Below are positions 30,931-39,956 of a DNA stretch of 64,000 nucleotides, in pieces. The notes under the pieces are model-generated. The model made no database searches. It worked only from the letters and a program-made list of their open reading frames with translations, and was not told where the DNA came from. Origin of the DNA: Bacteroidales bacterium. Lineage in GTDB: Bacteria; Bacteroidota; Bacteroidia; Bacteroidales; 4484-276. Every line of letters begins with the position of its first letter. Position 1 is the first letter of the stretch. The DNA lies in assembly GCA_014860585.1 (NCBI GenBank), contig JACZJL010000027.1, forward strand, positions 10,242-74,241. The letters are read 5' to 3'. Both the position numbers and the translations under genes were made by a program.

Positions 30931-33900
30931 TTATATGTTAATGTTAAATCCAAAAAGGTAAGTCCGGGCTGCAGGATAGAAACCATCATCGAAGCCTGAA
31001 CCAATGGGAGCTCCACTTGAAGCTGCAGGATCAAATCCCTGGTACTTTGTGAGTGTAAACAAGTTGTTGATGGCAAAATAGAAGCGAACCTCCTGTATGC
31101 CAATTTTCATGCTTGTCATTTCAGGGATACGGTAACCAAGCACCATTCTTTGAAGTCTTACATAGGATCCGTCTTCGACATAAAAATCGGAGAAGATATT
31201 ATTGGCAGTGGCGGCGGTGGTTACCCTGGGCACGTCGTTGCTTGTTCCTTCACCTGTCCACCTGTCCATGATATAGCTCATGCGGTTAACATTCGGCTGT
31301 GTACGTTCGTAATTTCTTACAATGTCGTTACCAATGCTTGCAAAGGCATAAGCAGTAAAGTCGAAATTTTTATATTTCAAAGTCAGGTTCAAACCCATCA
31401 GGGATGCAGGTATGGGGCTTCCAATATTGGTTCTGTCGTCTGAATTGATGATTTCATCACCATTGGTATCAACATACCTGATATCACCGGGTTGAGCTTC
31501 GGCGCCTAGAGCGATTTGAGAGGGATGAGCATCCACTTCAGCCTGAGACTGGAAAACACCGTCCGTTTGATATCCATAAAAATATCCTATAGGAAGGCCA
31601 ACTTCCATCCGTGCCGGCAGCGGTTGACCGACACCAAAGCTTCCTCCTTCGACGAAACCCGTTCCATTATTTACTTCCAGTACTTCATTATTAAGTAAGG
31701 TCAGGTTGTAATTTACCTGGTAACTAAAATCTTTTCCAACCATACCACGGTAACCGGTGGAAAATTCAAAGCCACTGTTACGCACAGTTCCAGCATTGGA
31801 TGTAGGAGCTGCAGCACCGGGAGCTGAGGTACCGAAAATACCGGATACCGGGATATTACTGATCAGCAGGTTTTCTGTGGTTTTAACAAAATAGTCGGCC
31901 ATAAACTCGAGCCTGTCATTCAGGAAATGCAAATCAAAACCAAGGTCAAACTGTTCCGATTGTTCCCATTTGATGCTGGGGTTAGCCAGTGGACCAATAG
32001 CCCTGCCATTCACAAGTTGGTTATCCAATACATAGGTGCCCTCGCCATTTAAGGTTGAAATGAACCGGTAATCACCAATTTTATCTGAGCCCAGTATACC
32101 GTAGCTCAATCTGAATTTCAGCAGGTTTATGTCTTTGTATTTGTCCATGAATGATTCATCCGAGATGATCCATCCGAGGGTTGCTGAAGGGAAATAGGCC
32201 ACGGTATTGTCCGGGCCGAATTTGGTAGAGGCATCACGTCTTAGCATCACCGATGCCAGGTATTTGCCCATGTAATCGTATTGACCACGGGCAAAATAAG
32301 AGAGCCTGCGCTGGTCATAGGTGTAAGAACCCGTTGTTTTCGAATCTACCAGTCCGTTAGCGAGGCTGATATCGGCAAAGTCCCATGAATTATTGGGAAC
32401 ATCCCAGCCTGTTGCATTCAGATTGTCTCCATAGGTTTTAAATATTGTTGTACCAATAGTACCAGTGATATGGTGAACATCTTCCAAAGTATTATCATAG
32501 GTGACAAAAGCATCGAATGTGTAATCATTGAAATTGTCACGGCTTTGATAAACACTGCTGCGGGTTACGTCAAATACTTTTCCGCCATAATCCACTTGCT
32601 TGGAGAATGATTTGTACTTGGCCGTAGTCGAATTGAACCCGATACGGGTTGTAGCTGTAAAATGTTGAGCAAAACTTGCATCGAGGCCAACATTCCCGTT
32701 CCATTTGTTCAGATTGTAATCGTTGAAAGTGTTGGCAACCTGCTGTAACGGATTGATAATTTCGATTCCGAGGTTTGACGGCGCCGGATTAAAATCCCCG
32801 CCCGGTTTGTAAATGGGCACGGTTGATGGCATATTCACAGCATTGAACAGCACCGATCCTAATCCAAAATCATTAAATGAACTACGGTTAATATAGGTGT
32901 AGGTTAATGTGGTATTTACCTTAAGCCAATCAGTAAGGTCTGCCCCCATTGCCATACGGGCGGTGTTTCTGGCAAATCCTGACTTGTCTCCTCCAATGAT
33001 ACCTTCCTGACGCAAATCTGATGCACTGATGGAGTAATTCATACTGCTTGAACCGCCATAAACCCTGATGTTATTGTCAAGGATAGGCGCAGATTCAAAC
33101 AGTTCACTTTGCCAATTGGTACCTTCACCCAGGCCTGAAATATCAGGGTATGGCATCGCCTGACCATTAGCTACATAACTTTCATTTAAAATCACAGCGT
33201 ACTCGGTCGCATTAAGCAAAGGGAGCATGCGGGTGGTTTCCTGGATTCCAAACGAACTGTTGATATCCACTTTGGTGGGCATATCTCTTTTACCGTTTTT
33301 TGTGGTGACAAGGATAATTCCATTGGCGCCAACGGTTCCATAAATGGCAGCCTGGGCATCTTTGAGTACTGTAATAGTCTCGATGTCGTTAGGGTTGAGC
33401 GTATTCAGGTCTCCCTGGTATCCGTCGATGATCACTACCGGTGATGCATCGCCGTTAGTGGAAATACCCCTGATCCTGATATCCAGACCTGCGCCCGGAG
33501 CCCCGGATTGCGGAGTAACGTTCACACCTGTTACTGTTCCTTGCAAGGCTTCTTCAACTTTTACAGGTTTCAGCCTGTCAATAGTACTTGATCCCACAGT
33601 AGATACAGCACCGGTTAAATCCTTTTTCTTTACGGTACCATAGCCAATCACCACCAACTCATCCAAACCCGTGGACTCAAACTCCATGGATACATTGATA
33701 ATCAGCTGGCCGCTGTACACAACTTCCATGGTTTTCATCCCAACAAAGGAAAAGACAATTGTCGATTCAGCCGGTACATCATTTAACGTAAATGCTCCGT
33801 CTATGTCCGTAGTGGTTCCGGTAAACGTACCTTTAACAAGTACGGTCACCCCGGGGATAGGCAAGCCATCATCAGCAGAGGTCACAACACCCGTTAGGCT

Positions 33901-33972
33901 GCGTTGTTGAGCGCTGAGGGATGTCACAATGATCAGTAAGATGATCATTAAACTTGTAAATTGTTTACTCAT
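30931..33972 (-). CDS. susC: SusC/RagA TonB-dependent transporter
   Basis: LDELVVIGYG, DIETITVLKDAQAAIYG..GANGIILVTTK, EDGSYVRL, YPAARTYLFGFNINI. Confidence 0.97.
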   Translation of the reverse strand: MSKQFTSLMIILLIIVTSLSAQQRSLTGVVTSADDGLPIPGVTVLVKGTFTGTTTDIDGAFTLNDVPAESTIVFSFVGMKTMEVVYSGQLIINVSMEFESTGLDELVVIGYGTVKKKDLTGAVSTVGSSTIDRLKPVKVEEALQGTVTGVNVTPQSGAPGAGLDIRIRGISTNGDASPVVIIDGYQGDLNTLNPNDIETITVLKDAQAAIYGTVGANGIILVTTKNGKRDMPTKVDINSSFGIQETTRMLPLLNATEYAVILNESYVANGQAMPYPDISGLGEGTNWQSELFESAPILDNNIRVYGGSSSMNYSISASDLRQEGIIGGDKSGFARNTARMAMGADLTDWLKVNTTLTYTYINRSSFNDFGLGSVLFNAVNMPSTVPIYKPGGDFNPAPSNLGIEIINPLQQVANTFNDYNLNKWNGNVGLDASFAQHFTATTRIGFNSTTAKYKSFSKQVDYGGKVFDVTRSSVYQSRDNFNDYTFDAFVTYDNTLEDVHHITGTIGTTIFKTYGDNLNATGWDVPNNSWDFADISLANGLVDSKTTGSYTYDQRRLSYFARGQYDYMGKYLASVMLRRDASTKFGPDNTVAYFPSATLGWIISDESFMDKYKDINLLKFRLSYGILGSDKIGDYRFISTLNGEGTYVLDNQLVNGRAIGPLANPSIKWEQSEQFDLGFDLHFLNDRLEFMADYFVKTTENLLISNIPVSGIFGTSAPGAAAPTSNAGTVRNSGFEFSTGYRGMVGKDFSYQVNYNLTLLNNEVLEVNNGTGFVEGGSFGVGQPLPARMEVGLPIGYFYGYQTDGVFQSQAEVDAHPSQIALGAEAQPGDIRYVDTNGDEIINSDDRTNIGSPIPASLMGLNLTLKYKNFDFTAYAFASIGNDIVRNYERTQPNVNRMSYIMDRWTGEGTSNDVPRVTTAATANNIFSDFYVEDGSYVRLQRMVLGYRIPEMTSMKIGIQEVRFYFAINNLFTLTKYQGFDPAASSGAPIGSGFDDGFYPAARTYLFGFNINI

Positions 33973-34019
33973 AAGGCATCATTTGATTTTTAATAAGTTT
34001 ATGTTCCGAAATCTGAGCA

Positions 34020-34111
34020 CAAAGTTAATATACATATTTTAGTGATAAAAATTTTTGACATTCTCAAAAACTCAACAGAACAAACAATAACCTACATCAA
34101 CACTACATCAA
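34020..34111 (-). promoter_or_regulatory. susC promoter (-7 TAACTTTG) with tandem CTACATCAA operator
   Basis: CAAAGTTA at 34020-34027; CTACATCAA at 34092-34100 and 34103-34111. Confidence 0.7.
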
Positions 34112-34273
34112 TTAGGATTTAAATCGTTGAATTATAAATTGATATAAAATTAAAAACAACAGTTTTTGCCTGCGACTTTTACCATTAGTCAAGACCTGTT
34201 TTTTTACCCAAATGTCAGGGATGAAATCGTGGGTTATGTTTTACCAATTGTAATCATAGATCAACTGACATCA

Positions 34274-37171
34274 TTAATAATTCAGAATAAAATCCGTCAG
34301 GTTCGTATCATGATCGAGTTGCAGTTTTTTACGGAGACGGTAACGGCTGATTTCAACTCCCCTCAACGATATATTCATCAAAGTGGCAATTTCTTTGCTC
34401 GAAATATTGAGCCTGAGGTAGGCGCATAGTTTTAATTCCCGTGGCGAGAGGTCAGGATAGTTTTTCCTGAGCCGTTTGAGAAACTCTTCATGGACATTTT
34501 CAAAATGACTTTCAAAAACTTCCCATTGTTTTTCTGAATCAATGCTGCGGTTGATCTTTTTATTGATGCCGTGAATCTGATTCACCGCAGGGTGTTTGCC
34601 CAACTCTCTCATCAGTTTACGGAGATCATTTTTAATGGCTGTCAGTGATTTGCTTTTCTGAATGATCTGCATGGTAGTATTGGCCAGCTCTTTATCTTTT
34701 TGGATCTTCTCCGATTGAAGTTTCTCGTTGCGCAACTTTATCACCTCCTGCTCGGCCAGCAGCGAATCGATCTGCAACTGTTTTTCACGCTCAATAAAGA
34801 GTTGTCTCTGCTCTTCTTCAGCAGCTTTTCGTGCCCTCTCAATTCTGTAGCGCATGTATTTTCCAAAAAGCAGGATCAGCAGAATCAGCAAAATCACATA
34901 AAAAGCATAAGCATATTTGCTTAAATACCAAGGAGGAAGGATAGTGAAGGTCAGTGTGGCCGTTTCGCTTTCAACGCCAAAAATGTTGATGGCTTTAACT
35001 TTAAATACGTAATCCCCATGACTCAGATTGGTGAACTGCCGCAATGATCCGTTTTTCCAATCCAACCAGTCTTCTTCAAAACCTTCAAGTTGTGTCAAAA
35101 ACCTCAGATGATCGGGGTTTTCAAAATCATTGGCTGAAAATTCAAATTGAAGATGATTGTATCTAAAAGGTAAGGTTGCTGTAAAATGATTCCCTGAAGG
35201 AGTTCCTTTATAAATCAGCGAATCAATCCCAGAAAGAATCTGCATACTTCTGATAAATGCTTTGAAAGGTTGCTGGTAATCCTTGCTGTAATTCGGGGTG
35301 TAATGGGCAAATCCCGACTGTGTGCTTATAAAAACATTTTTTTCGTCGTGGGGGTAAACAAACTGAAACCATTTAATAAACTTACCTTTGAGTTCCCTGA
35401 AAGGGATTTCGACCTCGGCAAAATTCCCGTCTTCCTTTTTCCTGTAAACGCCTACTTCATCCAGAGTAAAATACCAGATATTTCCTTGCGTGTCTTCTTT
35501 CAGGATATTTATGTCACTTCGCGATAAACGATTTGAAAGGCGTTCATCCAAAACAAAACTGTCGGTTTCGGGCGAATACCTGTAAATACCCTTGCCTGTT
35601 GTAAAAACGGGTTTACTGCCGATATCGAAAACACTAATATCTTTATCAGAGGGGAAGCCATTCCGTCTGTTGAAAAAATCAACACGGACAATACTATCAT
35701 AGGCTTCGTTAAAATGTGCACGAAAAACACCCTTGTAACCATGGCTAATCCAAATGCTTTGCGAATCGGCATTGGCAAGAAACTTTGATGATTCCTTAAA
35801 TCCTTTTATCTGGGTTCCTTTTGACCATTTTCCATTCTTCCGTTCAAACTTGACCAGAAAAGTGTAGGTCCCGCAAATCACAATATCCTTCTGCCCTGTG
35901 GGCTGAATAAAAGACCATCCTCCCTGGATGTTGGAGACCATCTCAGCCCGGGTCTCATTGATCACAAAAATGCCAGAATTGTGCCCGCAAAATAACGTTC
36001 CATCAATAACCTCCAATGCCCAAACTTGTCCCTGAGTTCCCGGCACCAGGTTAAACTTTTGATCTGTACCGCCCCTGATAAGGGACTTCCAGTCATGGTA
36101 AAAAACACCCCGGTTTGTTCCGAAATAGATTCGCCCCTGATGCATTACCGCCGTATACCCTGAACTCAGATTGTTATAGGTGGAAAAGAAGGTTAATGGC
36201 GAATTGATCTCGACATAATCAATCCCATTGTCCAGTCCCAGCCAGAGATTTGAAAACTGGTCAACTTGTAAACTCAACACTGTATTGTTCTGCAGCCCTT
36301 TATTGATGTTGATGTGCTGCAACAAGTTGCCCGCTGTATCACAAATTACAACGCCGTTCTGAATAGTTCCAAACGCCCATGTGGCGCCGTCAAGCGGTAA
36401 GGCACAAAACACCTGGAATTGTTTGAGCCGCTCTGAAACTGGAGTGGCCCATTCTGTAATGCTGTTATTGTCCCACATAAAAATGCCTTCATCTGCAGTA
36501 GCGATCAAAATTGATTTACCTTTTGGAAGCATGGCCCAAATAAGTTTCCCGGCCAGTTTCCCGGCGCCATTCAATTGTACCAGTTGATCATCTTTAAGTA
36601 AAAATAGTCCCTGCATCTGATCATTGATGAATAACTGATCGTTTACCATAAAGGAAAAATGAAACATGCCGGGCGCTTCGATCACTTTCAGGGTATCATT
36701 GCGGTAGATCATTAGTTGGGTGAAAGTTTGAAATACTATCCCACCTGCTGCCTCGTGTATCTTCCAAATATCGCCGAAATCTCTGAGGTTTTCCGGGATT
36801 AACTGATAAAGTGAATGGAATACCAAATCGCCGGTTGAATCAGCTTCAAAAAATCCTAACTCATTGTATCCACCGGCATAAATTCGACCATCTCCTGTGG
36901 CTTTTATACTGCGCACAACTGTGCGTAAGGGCAACGGATACTTACGCCATTTCAACCCGTCAAACTCAAGCACCCCGTCATTGTTGGCAAAATAAGCAAG
37001 GCCCGACGAGCCGATATCTATCATCCAGTTCTGGGTTCCCGCTTGTACGATGGAGTGATCATAATTCCTTACTGGCGGTGTTCCAATGATTTTTACCTCG
37101 GCAAGCAGAAATAAATCTGCGAACACGAATTGTAAAAGAAAGATGCTGATTATTTTCAACCTACCAGTCAT
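34274..37171 (-). CDS. One-component PUL regulator: periplasmic beta-propeller, Y_Y_Y domain, TM helix, C-terminal LuxR-type HTH
   Basis: QNWMI..YFANNDGVLEFDG, FTNLSHGDYVFKVKA, ILPPWY, LSPRELKLCAYLRLNISSKEIA..RGVEISRYRLRKKL. Confidence 0.92.
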   Translation of the reverse strand: MTGRLKIISIFLLQFVFADLFLLAEVKIIGTPPVRNYDHSIVQAGTQNWMIDIGSSGLAYFANNDGVLEFDGLKWRKYPLPLRTVVRSIKATGDGRIYAGGYNELGFFEADSTGDLVFHSLYQLIPENLRDFGDIWKIHEAAGGIVFQTFTQLMIYRNDTLKVIEAPGMFHFSFMVNDQLFINDQMQGLFLLKDDQLVQLNGAGKLAGKLIWAMLPKGKSILIATADEGIFMWDNNSITEWATPVSERLKQFQVFCALPLDGATWAFGTIQNGVVICDTAGNLLQHININKGLQNNTVLSLQVDQFSNLWLGLDNGIDYVEINSPLTFFSTYNNLSSGYTAVMHQGRIYFGTNRGVFYHDWKSLIRGGTDQKFNLVPGTQGQVWALEVIDGTLFCGHNSGIFVINETRAEMVSNIQGGWSFIQPTGQKDIVICGTYTFLVKFERKNGKWSKGTQIKGFKESSKFLANADSQSIWISHGYKGVFRAHFNEAYDSIVRVDFFNRRNGFPSDKDISVFDIGSKPVFTTGKGIYRYSPETDSFVLDERLSNRLSRSDINILKEDTQGNIWYFTLDEVGVYRKKEDGNFAEVEIPFRELKGKFIKWFQFVYPHDEKNVFISTQSGFAHYTPNYSKDYQQPFKAFIRSMQILSGIDSLIYKGTPSGNHFTATLPFRYNHLQFEFSANDFENPDHLRFLTQLEGFEEDWLDWKNGSLRQFTNLSHGDYVFKVKAINIFGVESETATLTFTILPPWYLSKYAYAFYVILLILLILLFGKYMRYRIERARKAAEEEQRQLFIEREKQLQIDSLLAEQEVIKLRNEKLQSEKIQKDKELANTTMQIIQKSKSLTAIKNDLRKLMRELGKHPAVNQIHGINKKINRSIDSEKQWEVFESHFENVHEEFLKRLRKNYPDLSPRELKLCAYLRLNISSKEIATLMNISLRGVEISRYRLRKKLQLDHDTNLTDFILNY

Positions 37172-37726
37172 TTTACTATCCCGCTGTAAATATTTTTTAA
37201 AAATCCATTGGCAAAAATAATCAAAGATAGTTTTGATGAGATGGTTTTGTGGAATAACATGAGCACAACTTAATTTTTACAAGCAATGACCAAACGCTAA
37301 AAGGACTGGTTTTGTAAAAGTATCAAATTGAAACGGTGATGATCAGTTGAATAAGGTTCTGTTTTTCCGGGAAATATCCATGTAGTTTAATTTTTCAGTG
37401 AAAGAATGGAGAGTTTTTCAAAAATGTTAATTTTGTTCCTGTTTAAAATATGTGTCAGCAAGAAAACGCCTGTTTTGAATATCACATTTTAAGAGTTTTC
37501 TTGCGTGCACCATTAAGTAAGAGGAAAATATTAATATCAAAACTGGACTGATTTGAAGTATGTTGTTGCATTTTTGGAGGTGGGAATTGCTGTTAATAAA
37601 TTCAATATTAAACTTTCGCACGCATTATTTCCTTTCTTGCCTCTTTTGACAATCACATCATTTTATCATCATAGTTTACTTTAGTTTAGGAATCAATTTC
37701 TCATGAACACTTAACTAAAACTGATT

Positions 37727-38596
37727 TTGACAAAAAATGGGCACATAGCGTTCATTTTCATCCTTTCTATCATTGTCCTCGGATCAATGATCATGCTGTA
37801 TTTTTTAGGATCGTCATATTATCAGGTCCCACTTGAAGAAAGATATTTTCACCCGGATCACCAAAATTTAAAATCCAGCGGGATTATTGGTCATGGTTTG
37901 GGTATTTTGGGTTCATTATTCATGATTTTTGGAGTGGTTTCTTACATGGCCCGAAAAAGGTATCGCTTTTTATCACGGATGGGATTTCTCAAGCACTGGC
38001 TTGAGTTTCACATCTTCCTTTGTACGCTTGGTCCTTTATTAATCCTAAGCCATACTACATTTAAGTTCGGCGGTATTGTAGCTATTAGTTTCTGGAGTAT
38101 GGTAGCAGTTTTTCTAAGTGGCATTGTCGGAAGGTTTATCTACATTCAAATCCCCCGAAGTATTGAGGGCAGGGAGTTAAGTCTGAATGAAATTCGCACG
38201 ATGAAGAAGAATATTGACAACATAATAAGGGAAAATTACAATCTGGATGATAATAGCATCGCTGGTATCGAAAATTTGATTTCAAAAACCAATCGGGATG
38301 CGACAAAAGCCGGGGGATTTATTTTCAGTAGTAATTTTGTAGCTGATGTAAAGCAAATAAGGAAGTTAAAGGTCTTACTGAAACGGGATGACCTTGCAAA
38401 AGGAGATATGAGGAAAATTCTCAGGTTGGTTAAGGATGAGATGGCAATAAACCGCAGAATTGAAAGGCTCAATATGATGCAGAACCTTTTCCGGTACTGG
38501 CATGTAGCCCATCTGCCATTTGCCCTTGTTATGCTGATTATTATGGTTATTCATATTATTGTCACTGTCACATTTGGTTACCACTGGATATTTTAA
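37727..38596 (+). CDS. His-rich integral membrane protein, ferric-reductase-like/cytochrome b-like
   Basis: About 6-7 TM segments with His in or next to helices (GHGLG, WLEFHIF, LSHTT, WHVAHLPF, VIHII); TTG start uncertain. Confidence 0.65.
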   Translation: MTKNGHIAFIFILSIIVLGSMIMLYFLGSSYYQVPLEERYFHPDHQNLKSSGIIGHGLGILGSLFMIFGVVSYMARKRYRFLSRMGFLKHWLEFHIFLCTLGPLLILSHTTFKFGGIVAISFWSMVAVFLSGIVGRFIYIQIPRSIEGRELSLNEIRTMKKNIDNIIRENYNLDDNSIAGIENLISKTNRDATKAGGFIFSSNFVADVKQIRKLKVLLKRDDLAKGDMRKILRLVKDEMAINRRIERLNMMQNLFRYWHVAHLPFALVMLIIMVIHIIVTVTFGYHWIF

Positions 38597-38598
38597 CG

Positions 38599-39930
38599 AT
38601 GGAAGTAATTATTGAAGAGATTCTGACCTACGCGCTTGTTATTACATTATGCCTGTTCGTGGTGTTTATTTACCTGCGGAGGCAGAAGAGTATTTCAAGA
38701 AAAACTGAAGAGAAAATCAAACTGGCAAAGGAGGAAGGGCTTTTTGAACCCATTTCGTTGCATCCGGTAGTTGATCCGGGCAGTTGCATAAAAACCGGTG
38801 CATGCATTGCAGCGTGTCCTGAAAAAGATATTCTGGGCATTGTTAACGGGAAAGCAACAACCATTAATGCATCGCGCTGTGTAGGTCATGGGGCATGCTT
38901 TCATGCCTGTCCCACCGAAGCCATAACTTTGTGTATTGGCACCGAAAAACGTGGCGTTGACCTACCTCACGTAAACGAAAATTTCGAGACCAATATACCT
39001 GGTATATTCATTGCCGGTGAACTTGGAGGCATGGGATTAATCAAAAATGCTGTGGAGCAGGGGAGGCAGGCAGTGGAGAATATTGTAAAAAAAATCAAAG
39101 AAAAACACGGCGCCGATTATGATCTGATTATTGTTGGCGCTGGTCCGGCAGGAATATCGGCTTCACTGACCGCTAAAAAGCACAACCTTAATTTCATTAC
39201 TTTAGAGCAGGATTCACTGGGAGGAACGGTTTTTACTTTTCCCCGTTCAAAAATTGTCATGACTTCTCCCATGAATTTGCCCCTGCACGGCAAAGTCAAA
39301 CTATATGAAACAAGTAAACCCCAATTGCTTGAACTTTGGTTGGAGGTGTTGAAAAAAAACGGGATCACTATCCGCGAACATCAAAAAGTCGATGCAATCA
39401 TCCCGGTTAATCATCACTTTCAATTAAAGACCCTTGATGGGACAACTTACACATCAAAATGTGTACTGCTGGCTATCGGGCGTCGCGGGACACCACGAAA
39501 ACTAAACATACCGGGAGAACAGTCAATAAAGGTCGCCTACAGGCTGCTTGAACCAGAAATCATTACAGGGAAAAATATTCTGGTTGTGGGGGGTGGTGAT
39601 TCTGCCATCGAATCTGCACTTTTGCTTGCCAATCAGAACAATGTTCTACTCTCTTATCGGGGTGAAACATTTAGCAGGATTAAGGCTAAAAATAAAATCA
39701 AAATTGAAGAAGCGATTGGGTTGGGGAAAATAGATATAAAATTTAGTTCAACCGTTTCAGCGATTGAGGAGGCCACAATCACACTCAAAGTTGAAGAAAA
39801 TGGAGAATCGCTGAAAATTAAAAACGACCTGGTTTTTATCTTTGCGGGCGGTGAATTGCCCACTGAGTTTTTAAAAAAAGCCGGCATCGAAATAACAAGT
39901 AAATATGGGGAAAGCATTTTAAAGCATTGA
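38599..39930 (+). CDS. Membrane-anchored ferredoxin-domain FAD/NAD(P)-dependent oxidoreductase (thioredoxin-reductase-like fold)
   Basis: N-terminal TM; CIKTGACIAACP and CVGHGACFHACP; IVGAGPAG; LAIG; VVGGGDSA. Confidence 0.85.
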   Translation: MEVIIEEILTYALVITLCLFVVFIYLRRQKSISRKTEEKIKLAKEEGLFEPISLHPVVDPGSCIKTGACIAACPEKDILGIVNGKATTINASRCVGHGACFHACPTEAITLCIGTEKRGVDLPHVNENFETNIPGIFIAGELGGMGLIKNAVEQGRQAVENIVKKIKEKHGADYDLIIVGAGPAGISASLTAKKHNLNFITLEQDSLGGTVFTFPRSKIVMTSPMNLPLHGKVKLYETSKPQLLELWLEVLKKNGITIREHQKVDAIIPVNHHFQLKTLDGTTYTSKCVLLAIGRRGTPRKLNIPGEQSIKVAYRLLEPEIITGKNILVVGGGDSAIESALLLANQNNVLLSYRGETFSRIKAKNKIKIEEAIGLGKIDIKFSSTVSAIEEATITLKVEENGESLKIKNDLVFIFAGGELPTEFLKKAGIEITSKYGESILKH

Positions 39931-39956
39931 TCTAACCATGAAGTAATCATACCGAA

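Noticed and set aside
30921..31103. N-terminal extensions in the ORF track (susD; also 5448-5567, 24640-24693, 51070-51144, 57372-57452)
   Set aside because: They overlap upstream genes, hairpins or promoters; downstream ATGs give proper signal peptides or family N-termini.
37645..37665. Possible FNR/CRP-like site upstream of the cytochrome operon (TTGACAATCACATCA)
   Set aside because: Half-site spacing does not fit TTGAT-N4-ATCAA; too weak in AT-rich DNA.
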